DNA of 64,000 nucleotides, taken from contig CAWGIE010000019.1 of the NCBI GenBank assembly GCA_963822585.1, positions 487,949 to 551,948 on the forward strand. The letters are read 5' to 3'. A model generated the notes under the pieces. The model was not told the origin of the DNA. It made no database searches and saw only the letters and a program-made list of their open reading frames with translations. Source of the DNA: an uncultured bacterium (GTDB taxonomy: Bacteria > Auribacterota > Erginobacteria > Erginobacterales > Erginobacteraceae). A program made the translations under genes and the position numbers. Below are positions 1 to 11,062 of the stretch, piece after piece. The first letter of the stretch is position 1. Each line of letters opens with the position of its first letter.

Positions 1-82
1 CCGCCGACCAGACCGATTCCACCATGCCCATCATTCCGGCCACGAGTCCCACAATGACGAACAAAATAACCAATCGTTTCAT
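1..82 (-). CDS. 5' end of a secreted protein gene (runs off the window)
   Basis: ATG at 82 with GGAGG RBS at 88-92; translates MKRLVILFVIVGLVAGMMGMVESVWSA, a signal-peptide-like N-terminus. Confidence 0.6.
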   Translation of the reverse strand, partial: MKRLVILFVIVGLVAGMMGMVESVWSA

Positions 83-450
83 GGATTCCTCCTTAATCAA
101 AGTTGTGTCTCTCAGCGTATCTTACCACACTATATGTTTGACGACATAGGCGGATAATCCAGCGGTCGATGTTGGATTAATTCTGTCGACTCGTCATAAT
201 GCTCGGCTCATGTCGAGTATCCAGGACGTTTTCGACTGCATCTTCGCTGCGGATCGATGGCGGACGCTGGCACTGAGCTGGTGTCGCCGGGCGATTGAGG
301 CGGTGAGGGAACTTCCCGTTACCGGTTTAACAAGATATCTTCGTGACACGACACAAGAAAAAGTGCTTTAATGCCGGTATTATATCTCTACCATAATTCA
401 GTATCTAAAAAATAAAATCGGAGAATGTCAAAATACCGTGCTTGGATAAT

Positions 451-1458
451 ATGAGAAAAAGAGCATTAATAACGGGCGGAGCCGGGTTTATAGGCTCACA
501 TCTTTGCGGAAAACTCCTCGAAAGGGGGTGGAAGGTAAGGGCTATCGACAATTTGTCGACTTCCCGCCTCCGTAATATTAAACAATACTTCAAAGACCCA
601 AAATTCAAATTTTATGAAGACACAATAGTCAACAAGTCTCTGCTGAGGAGGCTGATAAAACAGTCGGATTTGATCTTTCATCTGGCCGCGGCGGTGGGTG
701 TGAAATATATACTTGAGCATCCGCTTACTTCCATAGTCACCAATGTCAAAGGTACGGAGAATGTCCTGGAGATGGCTTCCCAATACGGGGTAAAAGTCAT
801 AGTCGCTTCCACATCTGAAGTTTACGGCAAACACCCTTTGGCATGCCAGCCCTTCAAGGAAGACGATGACCGGGTGATGGGACCCACCAGCGTAAGCCGC
901 TGGGGATATGCCGAAGCTAAATCTATAGATGAATTTCTTGCGCTTGCCTATTTTAAAGAAAAAAAACTTCCGGTTGTAATAGTAAGGTTTTTTAATGTCG
1001 TGGGGCCGGTCCAGCTGGGAGTGTACGGGATGGTTCTGCCGCGGCTCATACAGCAGGCCCTGAACAACAAGCCATTGACGGTGTATGGTGATGGGCAGCA
1101 GCTGAGATCATTCACCTATATAGATGATGCTGTCGACGCATTGATAGCTCTGGCGGAGGAGAAAAGAGCCGAAGGGGAAATATTCAATATCGGCAGCTAT
1201 CAGACCATATCGATAAAGGACCTGGCAGCGAAGATAAAGAGAAAAACGCATCTAAAAAAACCCATAAAATATATTTCGTTCCGGAAAGCGTTCGGGAAAC
1301 ACGCTCGTGATTTTGAAGATATGTCCTGCCGTATTCCGGACCTTTCCAAGATAGAGAAAATGATCAAATATCGCCCGGCACATGATATCGACGATATTAT
1401 AGACAGGACTTTGTTATACGCAAAAAAGGAGAAGCAATGGTCGGTAAAAAAAACGTGA
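451..1458 (+). CDS. NAD-dependent nucleotide-sugar epimerase/dehydratase (extended SDR)
   Basis: ITGGAGFIGS Rossmann motif, STSEVYG, YxxxK (YAEAK), RFFNVVGP. Confidence 0.92.
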   Translation: MRKRALITGGAGFIGSHLCGKLLERGWKVRAIDNLSTSRLRNIKQYFKDPKFKFYEDTIVNKSLLRRLIKQSDLIFHLAAAVGVKYILEHPLTSIVTNVKGTENVLEMASQYGVKVIVASTSEVYGKHPLACQPFKEDDDRVMGPTSVSRWGYAEAKSIDEFLALAYFKEKKLPVVIVRFFNVVGPVQLGVYGMVLPRLIQQALNNKPLTVYGDGQQLRSFTYIDDAVDALIALAEEKRAEGEIFNIGSYQTISIKDLAAKIKRKTHLKKPIKYISFRKAFGKHARDFEDMSCRIPDLSKIEKMIKYRPAHDIDDIIDRTLLYAKKEKQWSVKKT

Positions 1459-2315
1459 TCGGGAAAATATCGGCACTATTGATTTTCTTGATTATATGCG
1501 GGACCTCTTTTGATGTGAAGGCCCAGAACACTCAGGTCGGAGAGGATATAACGGCCGATAGGGCTCCGGCAATGCGCGTTATCAAAGCGCCTCCGGAAGA
1601 AGAACCTGTATATGCGGAAAAGGTGTATCTGCATTCGTTTTATGAGATTGACCGGGTGAAACAGGGATCCAAAAAAGGATACTGGCAGACCTGGACGAGC
1701 CGGATCGCGTATCTCAACCATAACCTACAGCAGCCGTATATCGATTTCACGGAATATAAAAGGTTTTCCGAAGAAAATTACAACCTTGAAGCGGGAACCT
1801 ATTTTAAATTGAAGAACGGATATATCCACGGGGGCGTCGGATTCGGAGATTTCGTTGAAACGAATTTCACCTATCAATGGAAGGGGTTTCTGGAAGTCGA
1901 ATACAATCTCTTCAGTACTTTGTATATGAACGTAGAAGGCAAGTACCTTCAGAAGAATCCGGATAATGTCTACGTTCTTACTCCGGGACTGGTTTATTAT
2001 TTCGGGGATCATTATATAACCGCAGTTTACGGGGCGACTTTTATCGAGAGCCGCGGAGAAGGGAATTTCGGTACGTTCAAGGGGAGTTTTATGGTAACCG
2101 GGCATATCAATGTTTACGGAGGGACGGCAATTGGAGAATGGCTGTACGACATATACGGATTAAAGGCCTCAAAAGAGTTCGGGTATATCTTTTTTGCCGG
2201 AATTAACGTTAACATTATGAAAAATAGTAAGCTGATGTTGTCGGGATCCTGGGCTCACGAAAACCCGGAATTCGATAGCTGCGGGATAAATGTTGGTCTT
2301 TTAGGAAAATTTTAA
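1437..2315 (+). CDS. YaiO-like outer-membrane beta-barrel protein
   Basis: Signal peptide, alternating aromatic/Gly beta-strands, C-terminal Phe; context with HEAT and GT2 genes. Confidence 0.65.
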   Translation: MVGKKNVIGKISALLIFLIICGTSFDVKAQNTQVGEDITADRAPAMRVIKAPPEEEPVYAEKVYLHSFYEIDRVKQGSKKGYWQTWTSRIAYLNHNLQQPYIDFTEYKRFSEENYNLEAGTYFKLKNGYIHGGVGFGDFVETNFTYQWKGFLEVEYNLFSTLYMNVEGKYLQKNPDNVYVLTPGLVYYFGDHYITAVYGATFIESRGEGNFGTFKGSFMVTGHINVYGGTAIGEWLYDIYGLKASKEFGYIFFAGINVNIMKNSKLMLSGSWAHENPEFDSCGINVGLLGKF

Positions 2316-2356
2316 TCCACATCTTTAAATAAATTTTTAAGAAGGCAGCTGATAGC

Positions 2357-3643
2357 ATGGAAAATTATTACGTCGAATACGTAAAAGCTCTCGATACGGT
2401 TCTTCTCGCTCTTGCCGTATGTCTGAGCGTTCTTGTGGTCGGTTATGCCTTTGCCTGGCGGATCCAGTTGACCAGGCGGCGCCGCAAATTGAAAGGCATA
2501 TTGGAAAACCTGCAAAAAATGGCTCTTCCGGGAAAAGAACTCAGCGCGGAGCAATGCAGTGTTTTTATGCGAAACGTGGGCCTGGCACGGGTTATGGATG
2601 TTTATAAGGGAACGACCGGGGCACTTCCCCAGGAGTTGGTTGCCGCTATCCCGGGATGCGTTCGGCTTCCGGAGGAGGCCGCCAAGATCGAGAAAACAGC
2701 GCGCGGGATCCTGAATAAATGGAAACGGATCGAGGCCCTGATCATGCTGGGGCATATAAACAGCCCCAATGCCGTGGAGATACTCAAGGAAGGCGCAGAC
2801 AGTAAAGACGAAGATATAAGTTATTTTTCTATAATATCCCTGGGGCATATCAAGAACGGAAAAACAGCCGCTCTCCTGCTGGACGTGATAAAGAAGAGAA
2901 AGATCAGCGGATATAGGGTTATGGATATGTTCCGGGATTTTCCGGAAGACGCTTCAACCGAAATAATTCCGTATGTCGGCGATGAGGATCCAGCCACGCG
3001 GTTCTGGGCGGTTAAGATGTTATCGCGGCTCAAACCGGACAACCGGGAATTTATCGAAAAAGTAGCCGGGCTGACAGCGGATGCGTTGGCCGATGTCAGG
3101 GCGGCTGCCTGTGAATTCCTGGGAGAACTGAGGGATAAGGTTCATGCGCCGTCCCTGGAAAAATGTCTGGACGATCGCGCCTGGATCGTGAGAAGCAGTG
3201 CGGTAAACGCCCTGGGAAAAATATCCGGAGAGGAATACATATCAAAAATCTTCCCTCTGCTGGGGGACAGTGTTTCGACCGTGAGAAATTCGGTCAAGGC
3301 AGCGATTTCCCCTCACCTGGAAAAGGCGCTGGACAAGATGGAGGTGTCACTTAGAACGGGAAGCGTAACCATGCAAAAAGCTTCGGTAGAGCTGCTGGAA
3401 GAATCGGGATACGATAAAAAAGTGCTCACCGATGTTCTTTCCCCGGATACCGAGATCAAAAAGAGGGCGGTAGGGCTTTTGGACGCGATGATAAAAGCGG
3501 GGGCTCATTTCGGACTGGAAAGCGTCCTGAAAGATCAGCCCGAAGGGGATCGTGATGAGATATTGAACGTAATCTCTTCCATAGATAAGGAACTGGCGGA
3601 ACATATTAAATTGATAATAACCGATAAGTTAGTGGATATATAA
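2357..3643 (+). CDS. Membrane-anchored HEAT-repeat protein
   Basis: N-terminal TM helix followed by a basic stretch; repeats such as DEDPATRFWAVKML, DVRAAACEFLG, WIVRSSAVNALG. Confidence 0.8.
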   Translation: MENYYVEYVKALDTVLLALAVCLSVLVVGYAFAWRIQLTRRRRKLKGILENLQKMALPGKELSAEQCSVFMRNVGLARVMDVYKGTTGALPQELVAAIPGCVRLPEEAAKIEKTARGILNKWKRIEALIMLGHINSPNAVEILKEGADSKDEDISYFSIISLGHIKNGKTAALLLDVIKKRKISGYRVMDMFRDFPEDASTEIIPYVGDEDPATRFWAVKMLSRLKPDNREFIEKVAGLTADALADVRAAACEFLGELRDKVHAPSLEKCLDDRAWIVRSSAVNALGKISGEEYISKIFPLLGDSVSTVRNSVKAAISPHLEKALDKMEVSLRTGSVTMQKASVELLEESGYDKKVLTDVLSPDTEIKKRAVGLLDAMIKAGAHFGLESVLKDQPEGDRDEILNVISSIDKELAEHIKLIITDKLVDI

Positions 3644-3647
3644 TACC

Positions 3648-5048
3648 ATGACGTTTCCAAATTTACTTTATGGGGCTTTTATCGTTTTAATCGCATATTT
3701 TTTGGTGCAGCTGCTTTATTTTGTGCTGCTGGCAATCATCGGGTTTTTCCAGCAGCACAAACGCATTTCCGAATCCGAGGCAGAGGAATACGCTCTGCTG
3801 TCCTCTTCCACTTCGGCCATACCCGTCAGCATAATATTTCCGGCAAGAAACGAAGAACTATGGATCGAGGATTCTCTTCAGTCCATATTGAACATCGACT
3901 ATCCCGAATATGAGGTTATTGTCGTGAATGACGGGTCCACCGACGATACTTTCGCGATTCTTGATCGAATGCTTGATTTGAAATCGGTTGATCGGGTCTA
4001 TCCCAACAGGTTCAGCCACGGACAGATCCATGAAGTATACCGATCGGAATTACATCCCCATGTTACCGTGATCAGTGAATCGTCGGGATTCAAGAAAGCC
4101 GGGGCGGTTAACGCCGGTTTGAATTTTGCGCGTTATGATTATGTTTGTTCCATGGATTCGGATGTCATATTGGAGCCTGATAGTTTTTTAAAAAGCATGA
4201 CTTACATTGAAAAGGATCCGGACCGGGTTGTCGGTGTGAGCAGTTATTTCGGTTTGGTAAACGGTTTCAAGATCGAAAAGGGGAAGATAGTCGACAGGAG
4301 CTTCTCTTATAATCCTCTTATAGCGTATCAAAATCTCGAATACCTCCGGAATTTCATAGGTAACCGTATTTCCTGGAGTGCTGTAAATGCCGTCCCCAAT
4401 GTGAGCGGAGGATTCGGTATCTGGCGTAAGGACCTGGTGATGGACTTAGGGGGATATGAAACAGGTTTCAGCAGCGAGGACATCGAACTGACGTTCCACG
4501 CCCAGGATCTTATCGTTAAGCAGAAAAAGAATTATCAGATCCTGGCTTTGCCTTATAACATCGGCTGGACAGAAGGACCGTCAACCATACCGCGACTAAT
4601 ATCCCAGAGAAGAAGGTGGCAGCGGGTTATCGACGAGACGATATGGCGTTATAAGCACATGATCCTGAATCCTAAATATAAATGGTTCGCTTTTTTGACG
4701 CTGCCTTATTACGTGGTATATGAATCACTGGGGGTATTCTTTGAAACACTGAGCATCGGCCTCCTTATCGCCGCCTGGGCGACGGGGATATTGAAGCTGA
4801 ACATCTTTCTCGCTTATTTGGCGTTCATGGTCTTGTCACAAGCGGCAATATCACTGCTTGTATTGGTAGAGTTCATGCGGGACCAGAAACTCTTCCGGCC
4901 GGGATATGCTTTCTATCTGGCTATTCTGAGCATATTCGAGATATTCCTTTACCGGTGGATAATTCTTATCGCGAAGATCGAAGGAACAATCGGATTTTTC
5001 AGGGGTGAAGCGAAATATGAGACTTACGAGCGAAGCAAAAGGATATGA
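3648..5048 (+). CDS. Processive GT2 glycosyltransferase (cellulose synthase/PgaC-like)
   Basis: VNDGSTD, KAGAVN, DSD, SED and QRRRW motifs; flanking TM helices. Confidence 0.92.
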   Translation: MTFPNLLYGAFIVLIAYFLVQLLYFVLLAIIGFFQQHKRISESEAEEYALLSSSTSAIPVSIIFPARNEELWIEDSLQSILNIDYPEYEVIVVNDGSTDDTFAILDRMLDLKSVDRVYPNRFSHGQIHEVYRSELHPHVTVISESSGFKKAGAVNAGLNFARYDYVCSMDSDVILEPDSFLKSMTYIEKDPDRVVGVSSYFGLVNGFKIEKGKIVDRSFSYNPLIAYQNLEYLRNFIGNRISWSAVNAVPNVSGGFGIWRKDLVMDLGGYETGFSSEDIELTFHAQDLIVKQKKNYQILALPYNIGWTEGPSTIPRLISQRRRWQRVIDETIWRYKHMILNPKYKWFAFLTLPYYVVYESLGVFFETLSIGLLIAAWATGILKLNIFLAYLAFMVLSQAAISLLVLVEFMRDQKLFRPGYAFYLAILSIFEIFLYRWIILIAKIEGTIGFFRGEAKYETYERSKRI

Positions 5049-5093
5049 TTAAATCGGATATATTTCCCGATTTTATAATTTAATTCATGGTTC

Positions 5094-5197
5094 TCCTTCG
5101 ACTCACCTTGAGATCCGCTCTAAATCGGATCTCAAAGTTCGCTCAGGATGAAACAAGCCCATCTTGTTGAACAAGATGGGCTTGTTTCACTCCCCGG
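5094..5197. repeat. Paralog of the tRNA-Asn 3' trailer with an 11-bp tRNA-end core (att-like)
   Basis: TCCTTCGACTC-hairpin-CGCTCAGGATGA-hairpin-TCACTCCCCGG has the same architecture as 11962-12064; TCACTCCCCGG is identical at 5187-5197 and 12054-12064. Confidence 0.65.
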
Positions 5198-5642
5198 TCC
5201 GATGGCGGAGCGAACCCTCGTCTGGGACGTATTCGACTACATCTTTAAGGCGGTCCGGCGGCGGATGGGACGGATAAAGCCGGTCCGGACCTACCGGAGC
5301 CCGATCTTCCTGGCCCGTGAGTGGGCGAAGTCGATGGAGGGAGGAAATTTCCGGTCTCAAAGAGCTTTTGCCAGGGCGATCGGGCTATCCCACGCTCGGG
5401 TTTCCCAGGTCCTGGGCTTCCTTCGGCTTTGTTCTGGAGCTCAGGAAGATCTGGAAGCCCTCGGTGATCCGCTTTATTCCCGGATGATCACCGAACGGAA
5501 GCTCCGGCCGCTCGTTAATCTGCCGAGAGCTGAGCAAAGAAAGAGAATCCGGGGGCTCTTGCGGAAATATGCTCAATTATCGTTTCGGCTGCCCGAATTG
5601 TCGAGAAAACAAACCTTGACCGGCGCGGGAACGGGTGGTTAA
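5148..5642 (+). CDS. HTH protein resembling those found beside integrative-element recombinases (start uncertain, possibly 5202)
   Basis: LAREW...SQRAFARAIGLSHARVSQVLGFLRL is an HTH-like segment; the ORF reads through the att-like core. Confidence 0.5.
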   Translation: MKQAHLVEQDGLVSLPGPMAERTLVWDVFDYIFKAVRRRMGRIKPVRTYRSPIFLAREWAKSMEGGNFRSQRAFARAIGLSHARVSQVLGFLRLCSGAQEDLEALGDPLYSRMITERKLRPLVNLPRAEQRKRIRGLLRKYAQLSFRLPELSRKQTLTGAGTGG

Positions 5643-5671
5643 GCTTTTCGCTTTAACAAAAGAAGGCGTTC

Positions 5672-5861
5672 ATGAACAATAACAATTTAAATCATGCATC
5701 AGGCCCTTCGATACATTTCCCAAAATCCCCGGGGCGATCCGCCTCAAAACGATTCCCGGTCGATTAAGCAGCCCCGGCAGCTCTTCATCCTCTGTCTGAC
5801 CGAGATGTGGGAGAGGTACGGATTTTATACCATGCGTAGAAATTCCCCCGTATCGCGATAA
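5672..5861 (+). pseudogene. Remnant of a POT/PTR peptide transporter N-terminus
   Basis: 5766-5861 reads KQPRQLFILCLTEMWERYGFYTMR (ExxERFxYY-like signature), out of frame with the ATG at 5672 and stopping immediately after. Confidence 0.7.
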
Positions 5862-6033
5862 CTGAAATATGCAGTCTTTTCAAAACCAAATTGGCCCCGC
5901 CAACGCTAATTTACTGCTTCGGAATTTTCTCCCCCGAAATACTTCGGGATCCCGGTTTGTTTAATTGATATTATCGGGACCGATATCCCTCGGGATCCCG
6001 ATTGGTTTAATATTATGGATCGAGACAATAGCA

Positions 6034-6262
6034 CTCGTAGCGGCCCCGCCTCGGCGCGGCCACTAGTGGCGACCTGAAGGTCGCCGCTACGAGGTAGCGC
6101 CGGAGGCGCTAACTTGCTGTCTCGGAATTTCTCCGATAGTCATCGGGGTGCGCCTCTGGCGCACAATAAATTCGCGTAATTCGTGTAATTCGTAGTTTTA
6201 TTTCTTTTTAATTGGCGAAGATTCGCGAGATTCGCGGTTTAATTAGTTGCGAAGCTAAGTTC
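6034..6262. repeat. Cluster of REP/REPIN-like palindromes and ATTCGYG nonamer repeats
   Basis: CTCGTAGCGGC...GCCGCTACGAG inverted pair; GCGCCGGAGGCGC; GTGCGCCTCTGGCGCAC; ATTCGCGTA-ATTCGTGTA-ATTCGTAG. Confidence 0.7.
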
Positions 6263-6278
6263 GAAAGAAATTGAACGA

Positions 6279-7538
6279 ATGGAAAAAGATACCGTTAATC
6301 AAACCGGGATAGCCGCCGGAAAGACATTTACAGTACCGGAGCGGGATTGGGTCTTCGGGCTGGCTTTTGCCCTTATCCTTATCAGCTGGGCATCGATCAA
6401 AATGGTCCTGCCGGCGCTGCCGAAATTGCCGAATATACTCCAGTGCACACCCGGCGGTGTGAAATTATCGGTTTCCCTTTATTTAATATTTTTTGCCTGT
6501 TCCCAACCGATATGGGGAGGGATCGTCCAAAACTCAGGCTGCCGCCGGACGCTATTTTTCAGTCTTTTCATCACCACGACTGGAACGTTAACGGTGTTGT
6601 TTTCTTTTAATCTTCCCCTGTATATCATCGGCCGGTCATTGGAGGGCCTGGGAATGGGAGCCGCTTCGACTCTGTGCCGGACGATGATTGCCGATGTATT
6701 TGACCGGAAAGAACTGGTGGGAAAGCTCGGTTTGTTGATCTCCTGCGCCGCGGCGATGCCCGCGATAGCTCCCATCTTCGGCGGCTATTTGATGCTCTGG
6801 ATAAGCTGGCGGGCGATCTTCGGCTCTTTCCTGCTTTTTATCGGCGTCTTTTTTTATTTGGCCTTCCGGAAACTGCCGGAGACTCACCTCAATCCGGCCG
6901 ATAAGACCGGAACTTCACTCCCCCGGCTGCTTAAAATATATCTTTCTATTCTAAAGAACTCCCGTTTCTGGGGATTCGCACTCCCCTATGCCTTTCTGAC
7001 CGGCGGATTGATCGGCTATTACTCCGCGATGCCCTTCTGGTACCATTCTCAACTGGGGATAAAAACGCATCTATTTTCCTACCTCGCTCTGCCTACCGTG
7101 GGGATGTACATTAGCGGAATTAATTGTGCCCGGTTTATGGTAAAAAAGAAGGAATTGGAAGAAGTCTTTATCCGGGGAATACTGCTGGCGGCCGCCACGA
7201 CCGGTGCCGCCGGCCTCCTATCGCTCCTGAAAGTATCGGGTGCGGCAAGCATCGCGGTGATACTGAGCGGTTACGCTTTCGCCGGTGGCATGGTCTCTCC
7301 GACTGCGAACGCCGGCGTCCTGAGTAAGTTTAAAAACGTGGCCGGTCCTGCCGCCGCCCTGGTGGCGTTGGTAGTGTTCGGTTCCGCCTCGATCACCTCG
7401 GGTATAACCATGAATTTATATATTAAAAACACATTATGGCCGGTCACGGGATATATCGGAATCCTGTCCTTGATCGGTCTGGCCGCCGGGTATCTCTTTG
7501 TGTGGGTCCCTTATACTGCCGGGAGATGTTTAAGATAA
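6279..7538 (+). CDS. MFS drug-resistance transporter (Bcr/CflA-like)
   Basis: About 12 TM helices; MVLPALP, GRSLEGLG, APIFGGYL motifs. Confidence 0.85.
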   Translation: MEKDTVNQTGIAAGKTFTVPERDWVFGLAFALILISWASIKMVLPALPKLPNILQCTPGGVKLSVSLYLIFFACSQPIWGGIVQNSGCRRTLFFSLFITTTGTLTVLFSFNLPLYIIGRSLEGLGMGAASTLCRTMIADVFDRKELVGKLGLLISCAAAMPAIAPIFGGYLMLWISWRAIFGSFLLFIGVFFYLAFRKLPETHLNPADKTGTSLPRLLKIYLSILKNSRFWGFALPYAFLTGGLIGYYSAMPFWYHSQLGIKTHLFSYLALPTVGMYISGINCARFMVKKKELEEVFIRGILLAAATTGAAGLLSLLKVSGAASIAVILSGYAFAGGMVSPTANAGVLSKFKNVAGPAAALVALVVFGSASITSGITMNLYIKNTLWPVTGYIGILSLIGLAAGYLFVWVPYTAGRCLR

Positions 7539-7643
7539 TGCGCGGATGACTTTTTCCAGCCGCGGGCGAGGACCGTTCAGTTGGAATAGAAAAGGCAGCC
7601 CCTTCTGGGAGTCTCCCTCTCCCTTCTCATAGGACCCGACAGC

Positions 7644-9581
7644 CTACCGAGTCACCGGAATGTCCCCGGTGGTACCGAAGTAAACCCTGGTCATCCCTCG
7701 AACCGCCCAGAGGCCGGACGAGGGGCGGAAGACTCCGTTTTCGGCCAGGACGCTTCCGCTGAACGCAGCCGGGAGCGCGGTGTCTCCGGACGTCCCGTAA
7801 TAGGACCGGGTGGTCCCCCGGATCGCCCAGAGACCGGTGGCGGGCCGGAAGATCGCCGGGATCATCGGGAAGGGGGTGGAACCTCCGTACCAGGCATAAA
7901 CCGCCGGGATCGGCCGGTCGCCGGACCGGCCGTAGTACATCCGGCTGAGGCCGCGCACCGCCCAGAGTCCGCTGGAATCTCGGAAAACGGCGATCTCCGT
8001 CCCCGGGTAGCCGTCGTAGTCCCCGGGCGACGGGAGGTCGCCGGGATTACCGTAATAAACGCGGGTGATGCCCCTGATTGCCCAGAGACCGGAAGAACCC
8101 CGGAAGACGCCGACGTCGCAGCATCCGTCCCCGTCGTAGTCGGAAGGAACCGGGAGGTCGGAAGCGGCACCGAAATAGAAGCGGGTCAGCTCCTTGACCG
8201 CCCACATCCCCGAGGAGGGGCGGTAAACGGCCACATCGGCGAACCCGTCCCCGTTATAGTCCCCGGGAGCGGGGAGATCGTAAGGCCGGCCGAAATAGGT
8301 CCGGCCCAGCCCCCTGACCGCCCAGAGGCCGCTATCCTGTCGGAAGATGGCAATATCGGAGATCCCGTCTCCGGTGTAATCACCCGCGCCGATCACCAGA
8401 TATTCCGGGGTGGGAAACGGTGTCGGGGTGGCTGATGGGGTGACGGTCGGCGACGCCGTCGGTATGACGGTCGAGGTCGGCGTCACGGAAGAGGTCGGAG
8501 TAGTGCTCGGCGTCGGCGTTACTGACGAGGTCGGCATCACCGACGGGGTAGGCGTCACCGAGGGAGTCGGCGTCGGGGAAGGAGTTGGAGTAATGCTCGG
8601 AGTCGGCGTCATCGATGGTGTCGGCGTCACCGAGGAAGTCGGCGTCGGGGAAGGCGTCGGAGTAATGCTCGGAGTCGGCGTTACCGATGGTGTCGGCGTC
8701 ACCGAGGGAGTGGGAGTAACGCTTGGTGTTGGGGTGATCGTGGGCGTGACGGACGGTGTCACGCTTGAAGTCGGTGTTACCGAAGGTGTCGGAGTAGGGG
8801 TGGGCGGAGTGACGAAGTTGGCCACCAGTGCGCGGTCGGAGAAGGTCATAAAGAAATAGGACGCATTTGTTGACACCACCGTACCGCCCTCCGTCCAGTT
8901 TAGAAAATTCCACCCTGAGGAAGGGAGCGCAGACACCGTTGCCGGATGCCCATACTCGGGGTTGTCTCCCAAAGCTGTGCCCCCGGAAACCGGGTTCGCC
9001 GTTGCCGTCACTTGATAATTGAAGCTCGCGTAGAGCGCGCGGTCCACGGTCGCCGTGAACGTGTAGTCGGCGTCGTAAGACACCGTTCCTACTGCGGGAT
9101 CCCACCAGGCGCTGAAGTGCGTGCCGTGCAGGCACGTCCCGTGCACGGTCACGGAGGTGCCCTCGACGAAGGTCCCTCCTCCCGAGACGGTGCCTCCCCC
9201 GTCACTGGCGTAAACCGTGATCTGGATTTCGGAGTCGGTCACCAGATCCCGGTTCGCCGCCGCCGAGGCCGCATAGTGGGTGTTCGTCGAGACGCCGCTC
9301 CCTCCCCCGGTCCGGTTTATAAAGTGGTCGCCCGGGTTGTTCCCGACGGTGACGACGCTCTCCACGCCGTTGGTCGCCCCGTTGATGACAGACAGATTGT
9401 TCGCGGCAACGCCGGCATGGGTCGCGAATATCCTGTTGTTGTTCGGGTTGACCGCTGCACCGGCCCGGTTCCCGTTCGTAACGATATTCGTGACAAAAGT
9501 CGGGGTGGCGTTCGCCGCCGGGCACGTCAAGGCCGACACTGCGGTAATCAGGATGGCCGTGGTGATAGTGATTCTGCTCAT
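7644..9581 (-). CDS. Secreted modular surface protein: short YVTN-like segment, two bacterial repeat domains, Pro/Thr linker, FG-GAP/VCBS-like C-terminal repeats
   Basis: Signal peptide; (TPTPSV)n linker of about 135 aa; six GDYxGDG/FRxxSGLWAxRG repeats (the last two degenerate) ending in DIPVTR. Confidence 0.8.
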   Translation of the reverse strand: MSRITITTAILITAVSALTCPAANATPTFVTNIVTNGNRAGAAVNPNNNRIFATHAGVAANNLSVINGATNGVESVVTVGNNPGDHFINRTGGGSGVSTNTHYAASAAANRDLVTDSEIQITVYASDGGGTVSGGGTFVEGTSVTVHGTCLHGTHFSAWWDPAVGTVSYDADYTFTATVDRALYASFNYQVTATANPVSGGTALGDNPEYGHPATVSALPSSGWNFLNWTEGGTVVSTNASYFFMTFSDRALVANFVTPPTPTPTPSVTPTSSVTPSVTPTITPTPSVTPTPSVTPTPSVTPTPSITPTPSPTPTSSVTPTPSMTPTPSITPTPSPTPTPSVTPTPSVMPTSSVTPTPSTTPTSSVTPTSTVIPTASPTVTPSATPTPFPTPEYLVIGAGDYTGDGISDIAIFRQDSGLWAVRGLGRTYFGRPYDLPAPGDYNGDGFADVAVYRPSSGMWAVKELTRFYFGAASDLPVPSDYDGDGCCDVGVFRGSSGLWAIRGITRVYYGNPGDLPSPGDYDGYPGTEIAVFRDSSGLWAVRGLSRMYYGRSGDRPIPAVYAWYGGSTPFPMIPAIFRPATGLWAIRGTTRSYYGTSGDTALPAAFSGSVLAENGVFRPSSGLWAVRGMTRVYFGTTGDIPVTR

Positions 9582-9900
9582 TGGAAAAGTCCTCCGGGAA
9601 TCGGACTCAGTTCTAACGAAGTAGGCCCCCGACCGTGATATCCCCGCTTGGACCGAATTATTTGCGGTTCCCGCCTTCGTGGAAAGCTCCCTTGATTCTC
9701 CATAGTCTCTGGCTCGGTCGAAAGATTACCGGATCAACATTATCAGTCCCCGCTTATTGCCGTTACGCCCCCCAAAGACAAACCCGGCCCGGAAATTTCT
9801 TCCGGAACGGGTCGGAATTCCCCAATGAATACCTCGAAGGACATTCACGGACACCGCTTGCTCCTATTTTGGCGTCAGCATACTCCTCCAGTACCATGGG

Positions 9901-10440
9901 TCAACAGAATTTGCCGTACAATTTCTCTGGATGAATTATCCGGAAAAGAAAATCCCAGCTGAAGAGAATCTTATCTTCTTCCAGATAGGTCACCATGGTT
10001 TCAGGCCAATGAACCCAGGGTTCATGTATAAACTTCAAGGTCTTGTCACCGAGGGAAATAGTCTCACCGTCTTTCACGGTTACAAAGCGTTCCTCGGGTA
10101 TTCTCAAAAGATCGATAAGCATTCCCTTTGCTTTCGGCGTCGATACCAGTTTGGCGGCGGGGTATTTCGCAAGAACGTTCGGGATTACCCCCGAGTGGTC
10201 TTGTTCCGCGTGGTGCGAGATGATATAATTGAGTTTGGAGGTACCTTCGAGCTGCGACATGAGTTCGCCGGCCATGGGAGGATCAACCGAATCCAATAAA
10301 GCGGTCTTCTCGCCTCCTTCTACAAGATAGGCGTTATAGCTGGTGCCGTCCGGAAGGGGGACAAGAGAGTCGAATAGACGCCTGTCCCAATCCACGGATC
10401 CCATCCAATGAATGCGTTCCTTTATTTTTCTTGCTTTCAT
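9901..10440 (-). pseudogene. fprA: Truncated flavodiiron protein (FprA/A-type flavoprotein), N-terminal part only
   Basis: GTSYNAYLV, HAEQDHSG, HWPETM metallo-beta-lactamase motifs; homology ends at ILFSWDF and no flavodoxin domain follows. Confidence 0.85.
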
Positions 10441-10503
10441 GTCACTTCTCCTCTCTCGGCTTCCACGACTCCTGTTCCATTCCAGACTTCTCCTTTGATA
10501 TCG

Positions 10504-11058
10504 CTAATCCAGATAAATCTTCTTGAGATCGCCAATAAGAGCGTGAAATCTCTCATGAGTCTCCGCACCTATCCTCTCGCTCTCTATCCTTTCAAACTCC
10601 GCAAAAAGGTTCTCCTGTTCCTCTTCCGGAATCAGCTCGTCGGCCATCACGTACAATACATTGTTCTCTTTATCGATGTGCTGATCCAAGAGCGCCTCAT
10701 AATTCCGAGCGGTATCAGCGAACTCGGACAGGGCTTCCCGGTTTCCCTTCTCATGATTCAAGAGAGATTCGGCCATCGACCTGACATAACCTCGGCCCAT
10801 CTCATGCTCGCCCAGCAACACGCCGATCGGACCGCCTTCCCTGGAAACACCCGCTTTCTCCAGTGCGGGAAACAATACATCTTCCTCTTTGGAATGATGG
10901 CATTTGTCCACAAAAACCTTGAGAAATTCGATTATCTGACCGAGGTGTTCAGGATTCGCGTTTCTTTTCGATTTTATGTCATCACAAATCTTATCCAAAA
11001 TACCCAACATTATCTTGATGCCCTCATGCTCCGCTTTCAACTGCTCGGTGGCTTTCAT
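10504..11058 (-). CDS. Hemerythrin-like (HHE) cation-binding protein
   Basis: EH, HHSKEEDVLFP, EHEMGR, HIDKENNVLY motifs. Confidence 0.9.
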   Translation of the reverse strand: MKATEQLKAEHEGIKIMLGILDKICDDIKSKRNANPEHLGQIIEFLKVFVDKCHHSKEEDVLFPALEKAGVSREGGPIGVLLGEHEMGRGYVRSMAESLLNHEKGNREALSEFADTARNYEALLDQHIDKENNVLYVMADELIPEEEQENLFAEFERIESERIGAETHERFHALIGDLKKIYLD

Positions 11059-11062
11059 CTTC

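Noticed and set aside
210..371. 53-aa ORF after a promoter-like sequence
   Set aside because: No RBS or recognisable motif, so it cannot be supported.
8410..8859. Val/Gly-rich repeat ORF
   Set aside because: It is the antisense reading of the Pro/Thr linker.
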